This document shows positions 22,353 to 34,655 of a DNA stretch of 64,000 nt, in pieces. Made by a program: the position numbers and the translations under genes. The DNA lies in the NCBI RefSeq assembly GCF_000281045.1, contig NW_008246085.1, positions 37,888-101,887 of the forward strand, given 5' to 3'. The notes under the pieces were generated by a model. That model saw nothing but the letters and a program-made list of their open reading frames with translations. It was not told the DNA's origin and searched no databases. This DNA is from Saprolegnia diclina VS20. Taxonomy: Eukaryota. The stretch's first letter is position 1, and each line of letters begins with the position of its first letter.

Positions 22353-25300
22353 CTAGTACCCGTACGACCGTTGGTACGAGTTGGTTTGGCCCGGCACAAA
22401 GGGCGCGGGCGGCGCGGGCGCGCCCGAGATGGTGTAGGTTTCCGTGACGGCGAGCAACGAGTCATTGTACAGTCCAATGGTCATCTCCAAGTCTTCTTGG
22501 CACTGCATCGCGCGCGGGATGAGCTCGACGTTCGCAAACGGGTTGTCGAGGTTGGCCGACATTTGCAGGCGCGGCTGGAGCTGCACGCAGACCTTGAGCA
22601 AGTGCTGTACCTCCGAGTTGCGCCGTAAATCGCCCTGGGCGCTGCGGATCGCACCCAAGAGCACAGCGACCGCCTGCTCGGTTTGCATGAGCTCCTCTTC
22701 GTCCAGCGGCGTGGGCAGCTCGGTCGGGAGGCGCGCGCGTTCGCGGGCCGCAAGCGCCTCGGCGCCAACGACGTTCGAGTTGGTCGGTGAGTCGGGGTAT
22801 TCGCCCGACATACCCGACGACGACATGACCGTCGCGTTCTGGCGCTGGATCTGTTGGACCTGGCGCGAGAGGTTGAGGAACCGGTCGAGCTCCGGCACCG
22901 CGAGCGTGTTGGGAAGGCGAGCGCAGAGGTCGAGCACTTCCTTCATGTAGCGCTCGAGACCGGCCTTGCGCTCCTCGACGATTTCGTTCGAGTTGCCCGT
23001 GCGGCCGGCAAAGACGCCGCCGAGACGGTGCTTCTTCGGGAAGAGCGGGAGCGCGCCCACGTTCGGCGGGATCTTGTGCTTGAGGTCCTTGTGGAGCTTC
23101 TCGAAGACGCTAAAACGGTGCGAGACGAGCCAGTACGTGGGCTGCGGCGCGTCCTTGGGCTGCCACCCGCAGCGCAACACGTACACCGTGTACTCGGCGT
23201 AGTTTTCGTCCTGGAGCATCTGCGTGCCGTGGAGACCGCACTGGAAGTAGCCGTCGTGGATCAGGATGCGCGTGCCTTCCATGCTAAACGTGCCCGGCGG
23301 CTGCGAGAGCGCCAGCGTCGACATGGACCGTGTGCGGTAGCCATAGTAGCGGTGGTCGGCCGCGCTCGAGCGCGGACCACTCGCAGCCGTGAGCATCGAG
23401 CCGCACTCCATGCAGTTGTTGCCGTTGGCCGTGTTGTTGGACGACCCGCAGGCCGGGCACCGAATCTGGATACCGGCCGCCTGCGCAGAGTAGAGGCGCT
23501 GGAGCGACTCGGCTTCTTCCGGCGTCATGACCGGACCCTGCGGCGGCTGCGGCGGCTCCAGAAGGAACGGGACCAGCTCTTCGTACTCTGACTGGTCGAT
23601 CGCGCCGCTCAGAAGGAGTTCGTTGAGCTGCTTGAGCTGCTCCTTGTTCTCATCCGAAATGTTGTCCGGAATGTCGACCACGTTGACGTTGCAGCCCTGC
23701 GTCGACGACATCGCGTTGACCGTCGCGAGACCGCCAAGGAGGCTTGCGCTCAGCGCGGCCGCATCCAACAGCGCTTGCTCCTTGCGCTTGTTGGCCTCTT
23801 CGCGCTCGCGGATCATGCGCTGCTCAAGGTCGTGCGCTTCTTGCATCGCGCGGCGTTCGGCCTGGCGCTCCTGCTCGACAGCAGCCGCGGCCTCGGCCGC
23901 CGCCACCTCGGCTTCCCGCACGGCCGCTTCGGCGGCGCGCGCAAGCGAAATCGCCTCGGCTTCGGCACGCTTGGCATCGTCTTCCATGCGGCGGCGCTCT
24001 TCTTCGGCCACAGCGCGGAGCTCGGCTTCGCGCAGAGCAGCGTCGGCTGTGCGGCGCGCTTCGTCGGCCGCCCGGCGTGCGGCTTCCTGCTGGCGCTTGG
24101 CTTCTTCGGCCTGGCGACGGCTCTCTTCGGCTCGAGCGTTGGCGAGCGCAATCATCTCGAGCTTCTTGGCCTTGTAGTTTTGGCGGCCCTTGTGGCCGCG
24201 AAAGTGCGCCTGGATCATGATCGCCGACGCCTTCTGCTTGAGAAACTGATGGCGCACGTTGAAGCCGCGCCACCAAATCTGAATCTTGCGCACGCTGTCC
24301 TTGCGGAACTGGATCTTGCGCAAGAGGCGGCGGAGCTCGAGCTGCGCGAGCACCTTCGCAAGCGCGACGCGCCACCGGCGGCGCGCAAGCCAGAGCTTCA
24401 TGCGGCCCACAATGTGCGGGCCATCGACGGCCCAGTTGATCTTGAGAATCGAGTCGAGGATCGCAATTTTCCCGGCCTTGAAGAAGAGCTTGGTGATCCC
24501 GAGCTTGTACGAGTCCATCGGCACTTGGAACGCCCAGAGGATCGCCGTGATGAGCGTCGCGTCACTCTGGTTCGCAAAGAGGCGCTGGGCGTCCGGCGGC
24601 ATAAACTTCTTGTACGCGTTCACGAGCTCCGAGTACGCGACTCGGGTCGGAAGGCCGACCTTGAGCACTTGGGCGGTTTGCATGATGCCTTGGCAGCGCA
24701 GCTGGCCGACCACGTAGCGCGGGTCAAAGAGCCCGACGCGCATGAGCGCATTGGGCTTGATGCACCGGATAAAGTTGCAGCGCGTCGCGTCGAGCGTGTC
24801 GACCAGCTCCTGCATCTGCTTGGAAAACTTGGCGGCGACGCTCTTGAGCAGCTTCTTCTTGCCGGGCTTGACGACCTCGTTCGCCTCTTCGTCAAAGAGC
24901 TCGCGCACTTCCGGCATCGACGAGCTCAAAAAGAGGTCCGCCATGTCCTTGGGGATCGTGTCGTTGTTCTTGTCAATGAACGCGCCGACCGTGTACGAGA
25001 CGCAGCCGGCGAAGTGGCGCACGATGAACATCTCTTGCAAGTCCTTCGGGTGCGGGCGCGGAAAGAACGTATTCTTGTCGTGCGTGCGGTGCAGCATCGC
25101 GAGGAACTTGGCGTCCGTCGGCTTGGGGTTCGCGGCTTCGTTGTCGAGCAGCTGGAGGATACCCGAGGGCTTGCCGGCAATGAGCTCGACGCATTCGCGG
25201 TTGTCCGGCCAGTCAATCTTGCCGACCGAGATGCCTTCGCGCTTGTAGAGCTCCATTTCCGCGATAAACACTTGGTTGTTGAACGTCGTCTGCAGCACTT

Positions 25301-26816
25301 CGTTCGTGTAGTTGATCAAAAGCTGCTCGAAATCGTTGCGCTGGAACGACTCGAACCCAAAGATATCGAGCACGCCAATGTACGGCAGCGGCGCCGGGTC
25401 CTGCCCCAGCGACTTGTTGACTTGCTGGATGATCCAGTCAAAGAGACGTCCGTAGACCGACTTGGCGATCGCATCCCGCGCGTACACGGCGTTCTGCGCG
25501 TTGCGGCGCGCGATGAAGAGCTCGTTGCGCGTCACAATCTCGCGCTCGGTGATGACCTTGAGCAGCGCCTTGTCGTCGACGCCGAGGAGCTTGGCCGAGA
25601 GCGCAAGCGCCTTGATCGCGTCGGTCGACTGCACGATCGCAGCCTCGCCTTCCGGCGTGTCCTCTTCGTCAAACTCAATGTTGCCCATGTGCAAGAGACC
25701 GGCGACGACCGAGAAAATGGTGTTTTGCTTGGCGTCCGGAAGGCCGACGCACGAGAGGCCGTTGACAACGTGCGCGTAGTTGGCCTTGTCGTCCGTGTCC
25801 TCGGCCTTGTAGCAGTTGCTCTGGTTGAGGTAGTGGTAGTCTTCCGGGCGCGTGAGCTGGAAGTCGCGCTTCTGGTCGGCCGACGCGCCGGCGAGGAGCT
25901 GGTAGAAAATGTGAAAGTTGCGCTCGCCATCGACTTGGTACACGAGGCGCGACTTTTCGAGCAAGTACGTCTCGACGAACGCCCCCGCGAGCTTGAAAAG
26001 GCCGTCCGACGTGAACTGGAGCTTCATAAACTTGCCAAATCGACTCGAGTTGTGGTTGCGGAGCGTCTTGGCGTTACCAAAGGCTTCGAGGATCGGGTTC
26101 TGCTCAATGAGGCGGTTGTCGAGCGAGTTGGTGTTCTCGTGGCGCTTGTTGACAAACGTCTCGACCTCGGCCGCGTTCGTCTTCTTGCCAAAGACACCGC
26201 GCGTCGTCAAGTGCTTGAGCACGATCTTGGACGACTCGGTCTTACCGGCACCCGACTAAAGCAAGCCAACGCGTTGAATCAGCCATCGAGACAGAGTGCA
26301 ATGTAGTACCTCGCCGGAAATGACAACGGACTGGTTCGTGGGCATCTCGCGCGTCGAGTTGTAGACCATTTGCTGGTAGGCCATCTCGGCAATCGCATAC
26401 GGGTGCGGCGGGCAGCTCGTGTTGTTGACAATCTCCGAGACGCGCGGGTCCGCCAGCGGGCGCAGCGGGTTGACCGCAATGAGCACGTTGGCCATAAACG
26501 TGTACGGGCGCTGGTTGTCGAGCTTCGAACGCTCCGAGAGGTTGTGCAAAACACCCGGCTCGTGGATGTAGTAGAGCGCAGTCATATCGTCGGTCACGCG
26601 CGGGTTCTGAGGCAGCGCGAGGCCGCGGTCGACCTGCGCGACCTTGTTGTGGTGGTTGCGCACCGTCACCTTGAGCCCGCCGATGGCCATGACCGACGCG
26701 AGCTCCCACACCGCGTCGTGGCCAGGGACCCAGACCATGTCCCCAACGTTGATGGGCATGGACTCGCTCTCCTCGCCCTTGGCGCCTTGCTTGCTGATGA
26801 CGCCGGGCGTCGCCAT
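22353..26816 (-). CDS. Unconventional myosin: SH3-like N-terminus, motor, IQs, charged helix, SHOCT-like, Zn-ribbon, PX, GAT-like C-terminus
   Basis: P-loop ISGE|SGAGKTE across intron 26256-26309, LEAFGNAKT.RN.NSSRFGK, LDIFGFESF, FIRCIKPN; IQ motifs IQIWWRG and IQAHFRG; PX 'YTVY...W.V.HRFS.F..LH..L...LP.FPKK...ERK.GLE.Y'. Confidence 0.93.
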
Positions 26817-27700
26817 GCTCTCTTCCCGGCCGAAAAAGCGAAAATAAAAATCCGGGCAAGAAATCCCCGCCCCTGATTTGCCAAAACGCGGTGAAACGCT
26901 GCAACCGCTCCTATTCTACGGGCGCCACTTCTGCATCTGGTTGCTGGACTGCGCTGAGCCAATCAGCGACCGCCATTTGCGTTATCGCCCTGTCAACTTC
27001 GATCGATCGAAGTTTCAGCATACAAACACCAAGTCATGAAAAGACGGCAAACAAATGATCCGCTTCGAGTCCGCCGCTCGTTGAAGTTGACCTCGACCGC
27101 AAAAGATCGGACGGGTGCTGTCTCGGGCCAGCGCGCGGTCCATACCACATGGGCAGCCGATAGATACCAGCGTAGCTAGGTCAGCTCGCCATTAGCCGAG
27201 TTTAACGTTCGGAGAACCGCCAAAGACAGCAATGAACCGGTCCATTGTCGCCACTGACTGCTCATATTCGTTACGCCGACTATCCGGATAATTGCGGGAC
27301 GTGTAATGCGGGTGGTCGCTTCCAAATGCCCAGTCTCTTCGTTACCGACACATCCGGATACTGCCCAGGATATGATTGGCATAAAAGATTTCTTTTTGGC
27401 GAATCATCTTTTTGGCGAATCATCGAGGCTGTGGATGGATTGACGAAGCAGCCTCTGATTGGCCATTTTGGTCGAATCGACCGTGGCTTTTGACCAATCA
27501 ACGTGCGCAACGCTAATTTTTATGGGCAACCGCTCGTTGCTGCAGTCAGTATTCGATATATTCTCGCGTAATTAAATGCACCAACGAGGGGGATTTGTAT
27601 GATCGCAGTGGAATAAAATGGTGCGAAATTTAAAAAAAGCTGCGGCCGCGCATGTGCGACGCACGTGTCCAAGGCAAAACCTCATTTTCGCCCGACCGCA

Positions 27701-30700
27701 ATGTCGCTCCTGAAGGAAGTGAACGCCCATGCGACGGTGGCATGGAGCCCAATGAAGCACAGAGCCAACCTCATGGCCCTCGGATCCAAGGACGGCGTCG
27801 GCGTCGGCTTCGACAACTATGGCGGCGAGCTCCAGCTCTTCTCGATGGACTTTGCCGACGTGTCGCCATTGCCCGTGCAATTGGGCAGCATCAAGACGTC
27901 GTCGCGCTTCATGACCATGTCGTGGGCTGATGTCCTGAAGCATCAGAGCACGTGCGAATTGGGCCTCCTCGCCGGCGGTATGGCCGACGGCACCGTGAGC
28001 ATTTGGGACCCCAGCAAGATGAGCAACCCGGCGACGCAGGCCGCGGCGGAAGTGGGCAAGGTCGCCCGTCACAAGGGCCCTGTCAACGCGCTCCAGTTCA
28101 ACCCGCACAGAGACAGCTCGCACTTGCTGGCCTCGGGTGGCGCGTACGTCCAATCGAACGTGACCGTTGTGACTCATGCCTCGTGTTTGTGTGCAGGGAC
28201 GGCGAAGTCTTTATTATGAGCGTCGACAAGCTCAACGCACCGCCGCAGGTCTTTACGCCGGGTGGCCCCAGCTATGTCGCACAGCCTGGCAACGAAATCA
28301 CTTGGTACATGCAACTTCATCGAGATCGCACGTCTCATCGGACTGCGTAGCGTCGCGTGGAACTCGCAAGTGTCGTACATTCTCGCTGCGGGTTCGCAGA
28401 ATGGTACCGTAACGATCTGGGACCTCAAGCAGAAGAAGCCGTGGTGCGAACTCAAGGACCCGCAGCGCGGCGCCGTGTCGGCGATCGCATGGAACCCGAG
28501 CGAGGGCATGCATATCATCACAGCGTCCAGCGACGACCAGCGCCCGGTCCTGCGGCTCTGGGACCTCCGCAGCTCGACGTCGACGCCCCTCGCCGAGCTG
28601 CACGGCCACACGGCGGGCATCCTCTCGATTTCATGGTGTCCGAACGACCCGGGCCTCGTGCTCTCGACGGCCAAGGACAACCGCACGTTGCTCTGGGACC
28701 TCTTCTCGGGCCAGCCGACGTTTGAGTTTCCGTCCAACTCGCCGTCCGCTCCAGTCGGTGGCCCCGGTCAGTTCTTTGCCGGTGGTGGCGGTGGTCAGCG
28801 CCGCTTCAACGTGCAGTGGTCGCCCAAGATCCCCGCGGTCGCGTCTGCCTGCACGTTTGACGGCAAGGTCCAAGTGTGGGGCCTCGCGGGCAGCGGCGGT
28901 CCGTCGACGCGCGCGCCCAAGTGGCTGCAGCGCCCGGCCTCGGCGACCTTTGGCTTTGGCGGCCAGCTCACGGTCGTGACGCCGTACCCGAACCCGGCGC
29001 AGTCGCAGTACCAGCAAGTCAAGGAGTACCGTCCGGTGCACATTCACAAGATCGTGACGGACCCCGCGACGGTGCAGGCGGCCGATCTCTTGGAGCAAGC
29101 GCTGGCCGGTAAGGACTTCAAGGGGCACTGCGACAAGAAGATTGCGTCGTCGCCGGCCGACGCTGACGTCTGGAGCTTCATGAAGGTGCTCTTTGAGGAC
29201 GACGCGCGTCAGCACCTGCTCTACCATTTGGGCTACGACGCGGCTAAGATCAAGGCGGACGCAGACAAGTACTTGGGCAAGGCCGTGGAGCCCGCGCCGA
29301 TCGCGGCGGCCCCGTCCTCGGCATCCGCCGAAGACATCTTTGCCGCCGGTAGCCTCTCGACGGACAGCCTCAGCGCGAACCTTCCGGTGGCGGCGCCCAA
29401 GGACTCGAGTGCCCGCCTCTCGCCCGTGTCGCTGCCGCAGTACACGGAGGCGTCGGAAGACGTTATCAAGCGCTCGCTCCTGGTCGGCGACTTTGCGTCG
29501 GCCGTCGAGGTCTGCCTCCAAAACAACCAGTTTGCCGATGCGCTCCTGCTGGCATGCCAAGGCGGCGCCGACCTTTGGAACGTGGCGCAGGAGGCCTGCA
29601 TCGCGGCGGCCACGGCGCGGCCGTTCATGAAGATCGTCAAGGCGATGCTCAAGAGCGATCTGGGCTCGCTTGTCGACGACTCGGAGCCCGCGCTCTGGAC
29701 CGAGACGCTTGCAATTCTCACCACGTACGCCAAGAGCGACGAGTTTGCGCCGCTCTGCGACCGGCTTGCGGCCAAGCTCGAGGCCGCGGGCGATCGCACA
29801 TCGGCGACACTCTGCTACATGTGCTCGGTGAACGTCGAGAAGATTTACTCGGCGTGGGTCAAGGAAGCTGCTGTCCAGGCCAAGACGCGCGACCCGGTGT
29901 CGGTGCTCCAAGATCTCATTGAGAAGATTTCCATCTTTGCGCAAGCGACCGCCAACCCGGACCAAGATCTGAGCCCGGCAATTGCCGAGCAATTTGCTGC
30001 GTACGCGTCCCTCGTACGTATCGCCATTCTTGATCGACGTGGTGGACTTATTGCCTGCTGTGTAGATGGCGTCGCAGGGTCGCCTCGATATCGCCGCCCG
30101 GTACGCCAAGTATACGGACTTGAGCTGTGCGATTATCCGCGACCGCGTCTTCCACGCGGCGCCGACTCCCGGTGTCCGCGCCCCGCCGTTCCCGTTTGCG
30201 GATGCTGCCGCGGCCCAGCCCGCCGCGCCCCAGCAGACCCAGCAGACCCAGCGCCAGGCGCCCGCACGTAACACGCAGTATGCCGCGCCTGCTGCCAACA
30301 AGCCCTATGCCGCTCCGAGCAACGCGTATGCGCCGCCCGCTGCCGCCAACGCCTACCCGGCGCCCCCGGCGGTCCACGCGGCGCCGGCAGCCAGCCCGTA
30401 CCCGGCGTCGGTGCCCGCGCCGTACCCCAACCAAACGTACAATGCGCCTGCGCCGGCGTACCCGGGCGCCACCCCCGGCTACGCTGCACCCCAAGTTGCT
30501 AGCTACCCTCCTGCGGCCGTGTACCCGAACCCTGCTGTGGCGCCTCCCGCGCCGGCCCAGCCAGGCTACCAGACGTACCCTGGCCAGCAAACGAGCGCAT
30601 ACGGCCCGGGCTCCAACAGCGGCTACCCCAAACCCGCTGCGACGTACGGCCCGGGCTCCAACAGCGGTCGCCCGAAGCCGGCTGCGACCTACGGCCCTGG

Positions 30701-31475
30701 CTCCAACAGCGGGTACCCCAAGCCCGGCCAAGGATTCAACACGCCGTCGCAGCCGCCTGCTGCCGCACCGGCGGGTCAATACCGTGCAGGCGCCTCGTAC
30801 GGCGCGCCTGCTGCGCCGCCGGCGGCCGCGTACCCCAGTGCCCCGCAAGCGTACGCCCCGGCACCGGCTCAGACGTTTGGGACGGCGTCGCAGTCGTCGG
30901 TGCCGGCCACGTCGTCGCGCATCGTGACGGCGCCCGTCGACATCAACCGCCACAAGACGGACGGCTTTGTGAGCAGCGTTGGCAACAAGGACCTCATCCG
31001 CAAGTATGGCAATGCGACGAATGCCATCTTGTCGCCGACGGAAGATGAGAAGAAGGGCTTCTCGGCGCCCACGGCCCCGCTCGGCTGCACGGACAGCGTC
31101 TCGGCCGAAGACATGGTCATTGTCGAGACGTTCAACGGCTTGGTCGCCCGACTGGAGGGCGCCTCGCTCAACCCGGTACGACAACAGTTCCATTAGCGAT
31201 TTTCAAAAACTCATGGTATTTGGACTTAGGCGGAGCAAAAGATGCTTGTCGAGGGCCAAAAGACCAAGGACCTGATGTTTACGAAGCTCAACGCGGCCGA
31301 ATTGAGCCCGAGCGTCGTTAAGAGCCTCCACGACATGGTCGGTGCCATCGGACGCAGCGACATTCGGAGTGCTTTGCACATCCACACGGGTCTCGCGACG
31401 TCCGACTGGGCGGCGCACAAGGACTGGCTGCGCGGTATGAAGACGCTCCTCCAGCTTGCGCTCAAGCGCTCATAA
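27701..31475 (+). CDS. SEC31: COPII outer coat protein Sec31
   Basis: N-terminal WD40 repeats, RAPKWLQRP, FGFGG, W.FMKVLFE.DAR..LL..LG, W.E.LA...TY, Pro/Ala-rich linker, C-terminal helical 'W..G.K.L'; introns ~28145-28196, ~28304-28350, ~30014-30066, ~31176-31229. Confidence 0.94.
30600..30726 (+). repeat. Three 45-bp coding tandem repeats (YGPGSNSG[YR]PKP) in the Sec31 linker
   Basis: tacggccc(g/t)ggctccaacagcgg... starts at ~30600, ~30645 and ~30690. Confidence 0.85.
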
Positions 31476-32290
31476 AGAGATAGTATAATCGACTACAGAT
31501 CTAGTTTTCCATTGCTACTGTCCTTGTCAAATTGGTGAATTCAGAGGAGGGGACCGGCTCTCGCCCCCCACCCCAAAGTAGGGGGTGGGTCGCAAAAACC
31601 GTTCCATGGGTCCCACATAAATTGCCAAAGAAATAAATTCTTTGGAACCCTACTTGTCAGGTAGGGCGCTAGTTTCCTTACTCATAGAGTTTAAGCCACC
31701 ACCAACTAAGGCGTCGGCTGGTATAGCTACAATAGACTAAAGGTCGCCACGTACGTTTTGGAGCAAGGAAATTCTGTTTTTGCAGCATTATATTCTGTTT
31801 GAAACAGTGTTTCTCAAGACGGAATATCCATTGCACAAACACAGTGAGAGCACAGCCAACAGGTCGACTGAACATTTAAAACGAAACAAGATCTTGGTCC
31901 AAGCAAGCCATCTACGAGAGCAATCGACGGGTGAAGTTGGCATCCTGCGCAGTACTACAAATTTGTAGAAGGCAAATGACGTGGCGGGCAATGTCAATTG
32001 TGAAACAGTGTATCTGATCTGATCTCACCCAAGAACCAACGAGCGAAGCTTCCGATGCCGGTCGCCAAGCCCAGCAAGCTTGCGCACAGTACCAAATGCC
32101 GAGGTCATATTGTAGCAAATGTACAGTCTTTCGAGCAGCTCATTCCGGCACAATCTTCACGGGTCTTCTTCGTATGGTGGCATTGCGTCGTACCTTTGCA
32201 GCCCCGTGCGCCTTATGGCATAAAACCCATGTACCCACGTTAAACTCCAAACATATCCGACCACTTCTCGATTTGGCTTGTGGAAGGAGC

Positions 32291-32704
32291 ATGTACCAGC
32301 AGCCACCACCCGGAGCGCCGTACCCCGGCCAGCAGTACCCGCCGCAGCCTGGTTACCCGCCCCAGCAGTACCCGCCGCAGCAGTACCCTCCGCAGCAGTA
32401 CGCCCCGCAGCAGTACCCGCCGCAGCAGCAATACTATGCCCAGCAAGGCCAGCAGCTCTTCCAGGCCGCCACGGCGCCGCCCGTCGTGTACCAGCAGCCA
32501 GTCTACCAGCAGCCTGTCTACCAGCAACCCGTGATGATGGCGCCGCAGCCCATGTATGTGTCGCAACCTGGCGTCTACTACGGCGGCGGCGGCTACATGG
32601 GCGGCGGCGGCTTCATGGGCGGCGGCTTCATGGGTGGCGGCTACAAGGGCTTCAAGGGCCGCGGCGGCTACTACGGCCGGGGCAAGGGCTTCAAATTCTT
32701 CTAA
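32291..32704 (+). CDS. Gln/Pro/Tyr-rich (YPPQQ-repeat) small protein with Gly/Lys/Phe tail, GPRP-like, paralog 1
   Basis: ATG 32291 (MYQQPPPG); QYPPQ repeats, QLFQAATAP core, ends GFKG...GKGFKFF*. Confidence 0.8.
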   Translation: MYQQPPPGAPYPGQQYPPQPGYPPQQYPPQQYPPQQYAPQQYPPQQQYYAQQGQQLFQAATAPPVVYQQPVYQQPVYQQPVMMAPQPMYVSQPGVYYGGGGYMGGGGFMGGGFMGGGYKGFKGRGGYYGRGKGFKFF

Positions 32705-33241
32705 TCTGTATGTGAATAGTCGAGACCGGAAATGTACTATGGCTTTGTCCTAGATGGAGTCACTAGACGGCTTGGTGGTGAACCCGGGTAGATATTACCG
32801 TAGTCGGCTAGCTTAGTCGGCTTGTTGTTGAGCTACGGGGTGTGGCCTTTCCCGTCGTCAACTAACTGACCACATTTCCGTTTGCAGGAATTCGGTCGCT
32901 CCGGATACCAACTTCAATTTGGCCTTCCCATCACCGCGTTTAATGCAACGGGTAAACGGAGTTAAACTGCGTTTTACGGGCAAGGTCAGGCGCGGAATGT
33001 AGGTTTGCCGCGATGCACCCAACATCGTCTGCGGGATGCGGCCCACGACGAGCCTTCCAGACCAGTAACATCTACGCAGTCGCCGTCAACTGCATCATAT
33101 CGTAGGAATGTGAAGGTTATAGCGTGACTTTACTGCCGAAGGTGGCCCAAACGAATAAAACGTGTATTTTGCATAAAACCTGTGTACCCACGTTTTATGC
33201 AGTCACATCAAGGGGGAAAGCATAGATTTCCTTTGTCTTCG

Positions 33242-33733
33242 ATGTACCAACAGCCTCATCCCGGTCAGCCGCAGTACCCCGGCCAGCAGCAACAGTACCC
33301 CGGCCAGCCGCAGCAGCAGTACGGCGCGCAACCCGGCTACCCGCCGCAGCAGCCCGGCTACCCGCCGCAGCAGCCCGGCTATCCGCCGCAGCAACCGGGT
33401 TACCCACCGCAGCAGCCGTACGGTGCGCAGCCCGGGTACCCGCCGCAGCAATACGCTCCTCAGTACGCGCCGCAGCAGTACCCGCCGCAGCAGCAGTACT
33501 ACGCGAACCAAGGCCGCCAACTCTTCCAGACCGCGACCGCGCCCCAAGGCATGTACCAACAGCCCGCGCAGCCCATGTATGTGGCGCAGCCGGGCGTCAT
33601 GTACGGTGGTCACAAGGTGAAGCACTACAAGTACAAGAACAAGGGCTTCAAGGGCTTCAAGGGTCATAAAGGCTTCAAGGGCCACAAGGGCTTCTTTGGC
33701 GGCCGCCGCCACAAGGGCTTCAAGTTCTTCTAG
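33242..33733 (+). CDS. Gln/Pro/Tyr-rich small protein with HKGFKG-repeat tail, GPRP-like, paralog 2
   Basis: ATG 33242 (MYQQPHPG); PGYPPQQ repeats, QLFQTATAP core, ends KGFKGHKG...HKGFKFF*. Confidence 0.8.
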   Translation: MYQQPHPGQPQYPGQQQQYPGQPQQQYGAQPGYPPQQPGYPPQQPGYPPQQPGYPPQQPYGAQPGYPPQQYAPQYAPQQYPPQQQYYANQGRQLFQTATAPQGMYQQPAQPMYVAQPGVMYGGHKVKHYKYKNKGFKGFKGHKGFKGHKGFFGGRRHKGFKFF

Positions 33734-33737
33734 GCTC

Positions 33738-34594
33738 TTAATCGTCAAATGTTGGTGTGACGCATGCAAACACTTTGGTGCCGAGGAACGTCAAGTACGG
33801 CGGCAGATCTCGCGACTGCGGCGCAAAGTGCTTTCCGTTCCAGTACGCGGCCTTGGCCCACGCAGCGACCTGCGTGCACGTCAAGAGGTTGTGCCCGTCG
33901 GTCTCGAGCACGGCGTCGACGCGACACACAATGTGCGCCACGCAGTCGACCTAGCGTGCAGATACATGTATTCCTTGTCAGACGGCAGAGCGTACCAGCG
34001 CCACGCAGCCCGAGGCGGCGTCGTACACGTCGGCGTCGCGCAAGTCCTTCTTGGACATTCCGTGCTTGCGCTTGAGCGGCCGGAGCGGCGCCCAGCCCGG
34101 CGGGCACGTTGCCAGCTGCAGCGTCTCAAACTTGTCCACGTCGGCGCCCGAGCAGCCGCCGATGGCCAGGATCGTTGCCTCGTGCGCTTTGGTCGGAACG
34201 TTGAGCACTAGGCAACAGCGTGAGACGACGACGACGAGCTTGGCATGCAGACCAAAGTACTGGCCCGGAGTGTGGACAAAGGTCGCGGTGTGGCGCTTGC
34301 AGTTCATGGAGCAGATAAACTTGCCCTAAGGTAGCGCGGTATGATGCATGTGCCTCATTCTCTTGACCGTCGTACGTGGTTGTTGATGGGCGTGAGCCAC
34401 GTGATGGTCATGACGTTCCGGCAGCGACTCGCGTCGTCGTCGCCGCTCTGGACGCTCAAGAGGCAAACGGGGTTCGGATAGAGCAGTCGACTCAGCATGT
34501 TCTTGTCGACTTGCACGATCGCGTCCGGCGCGCTCGCCGCCAGCTGCGCGTCTTGGCGCTCGGCTGCACCATCGGTCCGATCTGTCGTGCTCAT
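33738..34594 (-). CDS. Flavin reductase-like (FMN-binding split barrel) protein
   Basis: SRLLYPNPVCLL, NVMTITWLTPINN, LNVP, IGGCSG.DVDKF, GCVAHIVC, DGH.L....V..A; introns near 34327-34377 and 33952-33987. Confidence 0.78.
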
Positions 34595-34655
34595 GGCAAG
34601 TTTCAAAACTCAAAATCAACTCAACCGCACTAAAAAATATCACATCGTTTGAGTT

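Noticed and set aside
9124..26306. Long antisense ORFs (e.g. 9124-11001 +, 23775-26306 +; likewise 5386-6660 -, 28631-30301 -)
   Set aside because: They are shadows of GC3-rich genes on the opposite strand with no recognisable motifs.
31555..31675. GC hairpins and CCCTAC..GTAGGG-CG-CTAG resembling a Helitron 3' end
   Set aside because: The hairpin-to-CTAG spacing is too short, and there is no 5' end or second copy in the window.
32330..33500. Short repeats as a possible CRISPR-like array
   Set aside because: They are in-frame coding repeats (YPPQQ) without unique spacers, in a eukaryotic genome.
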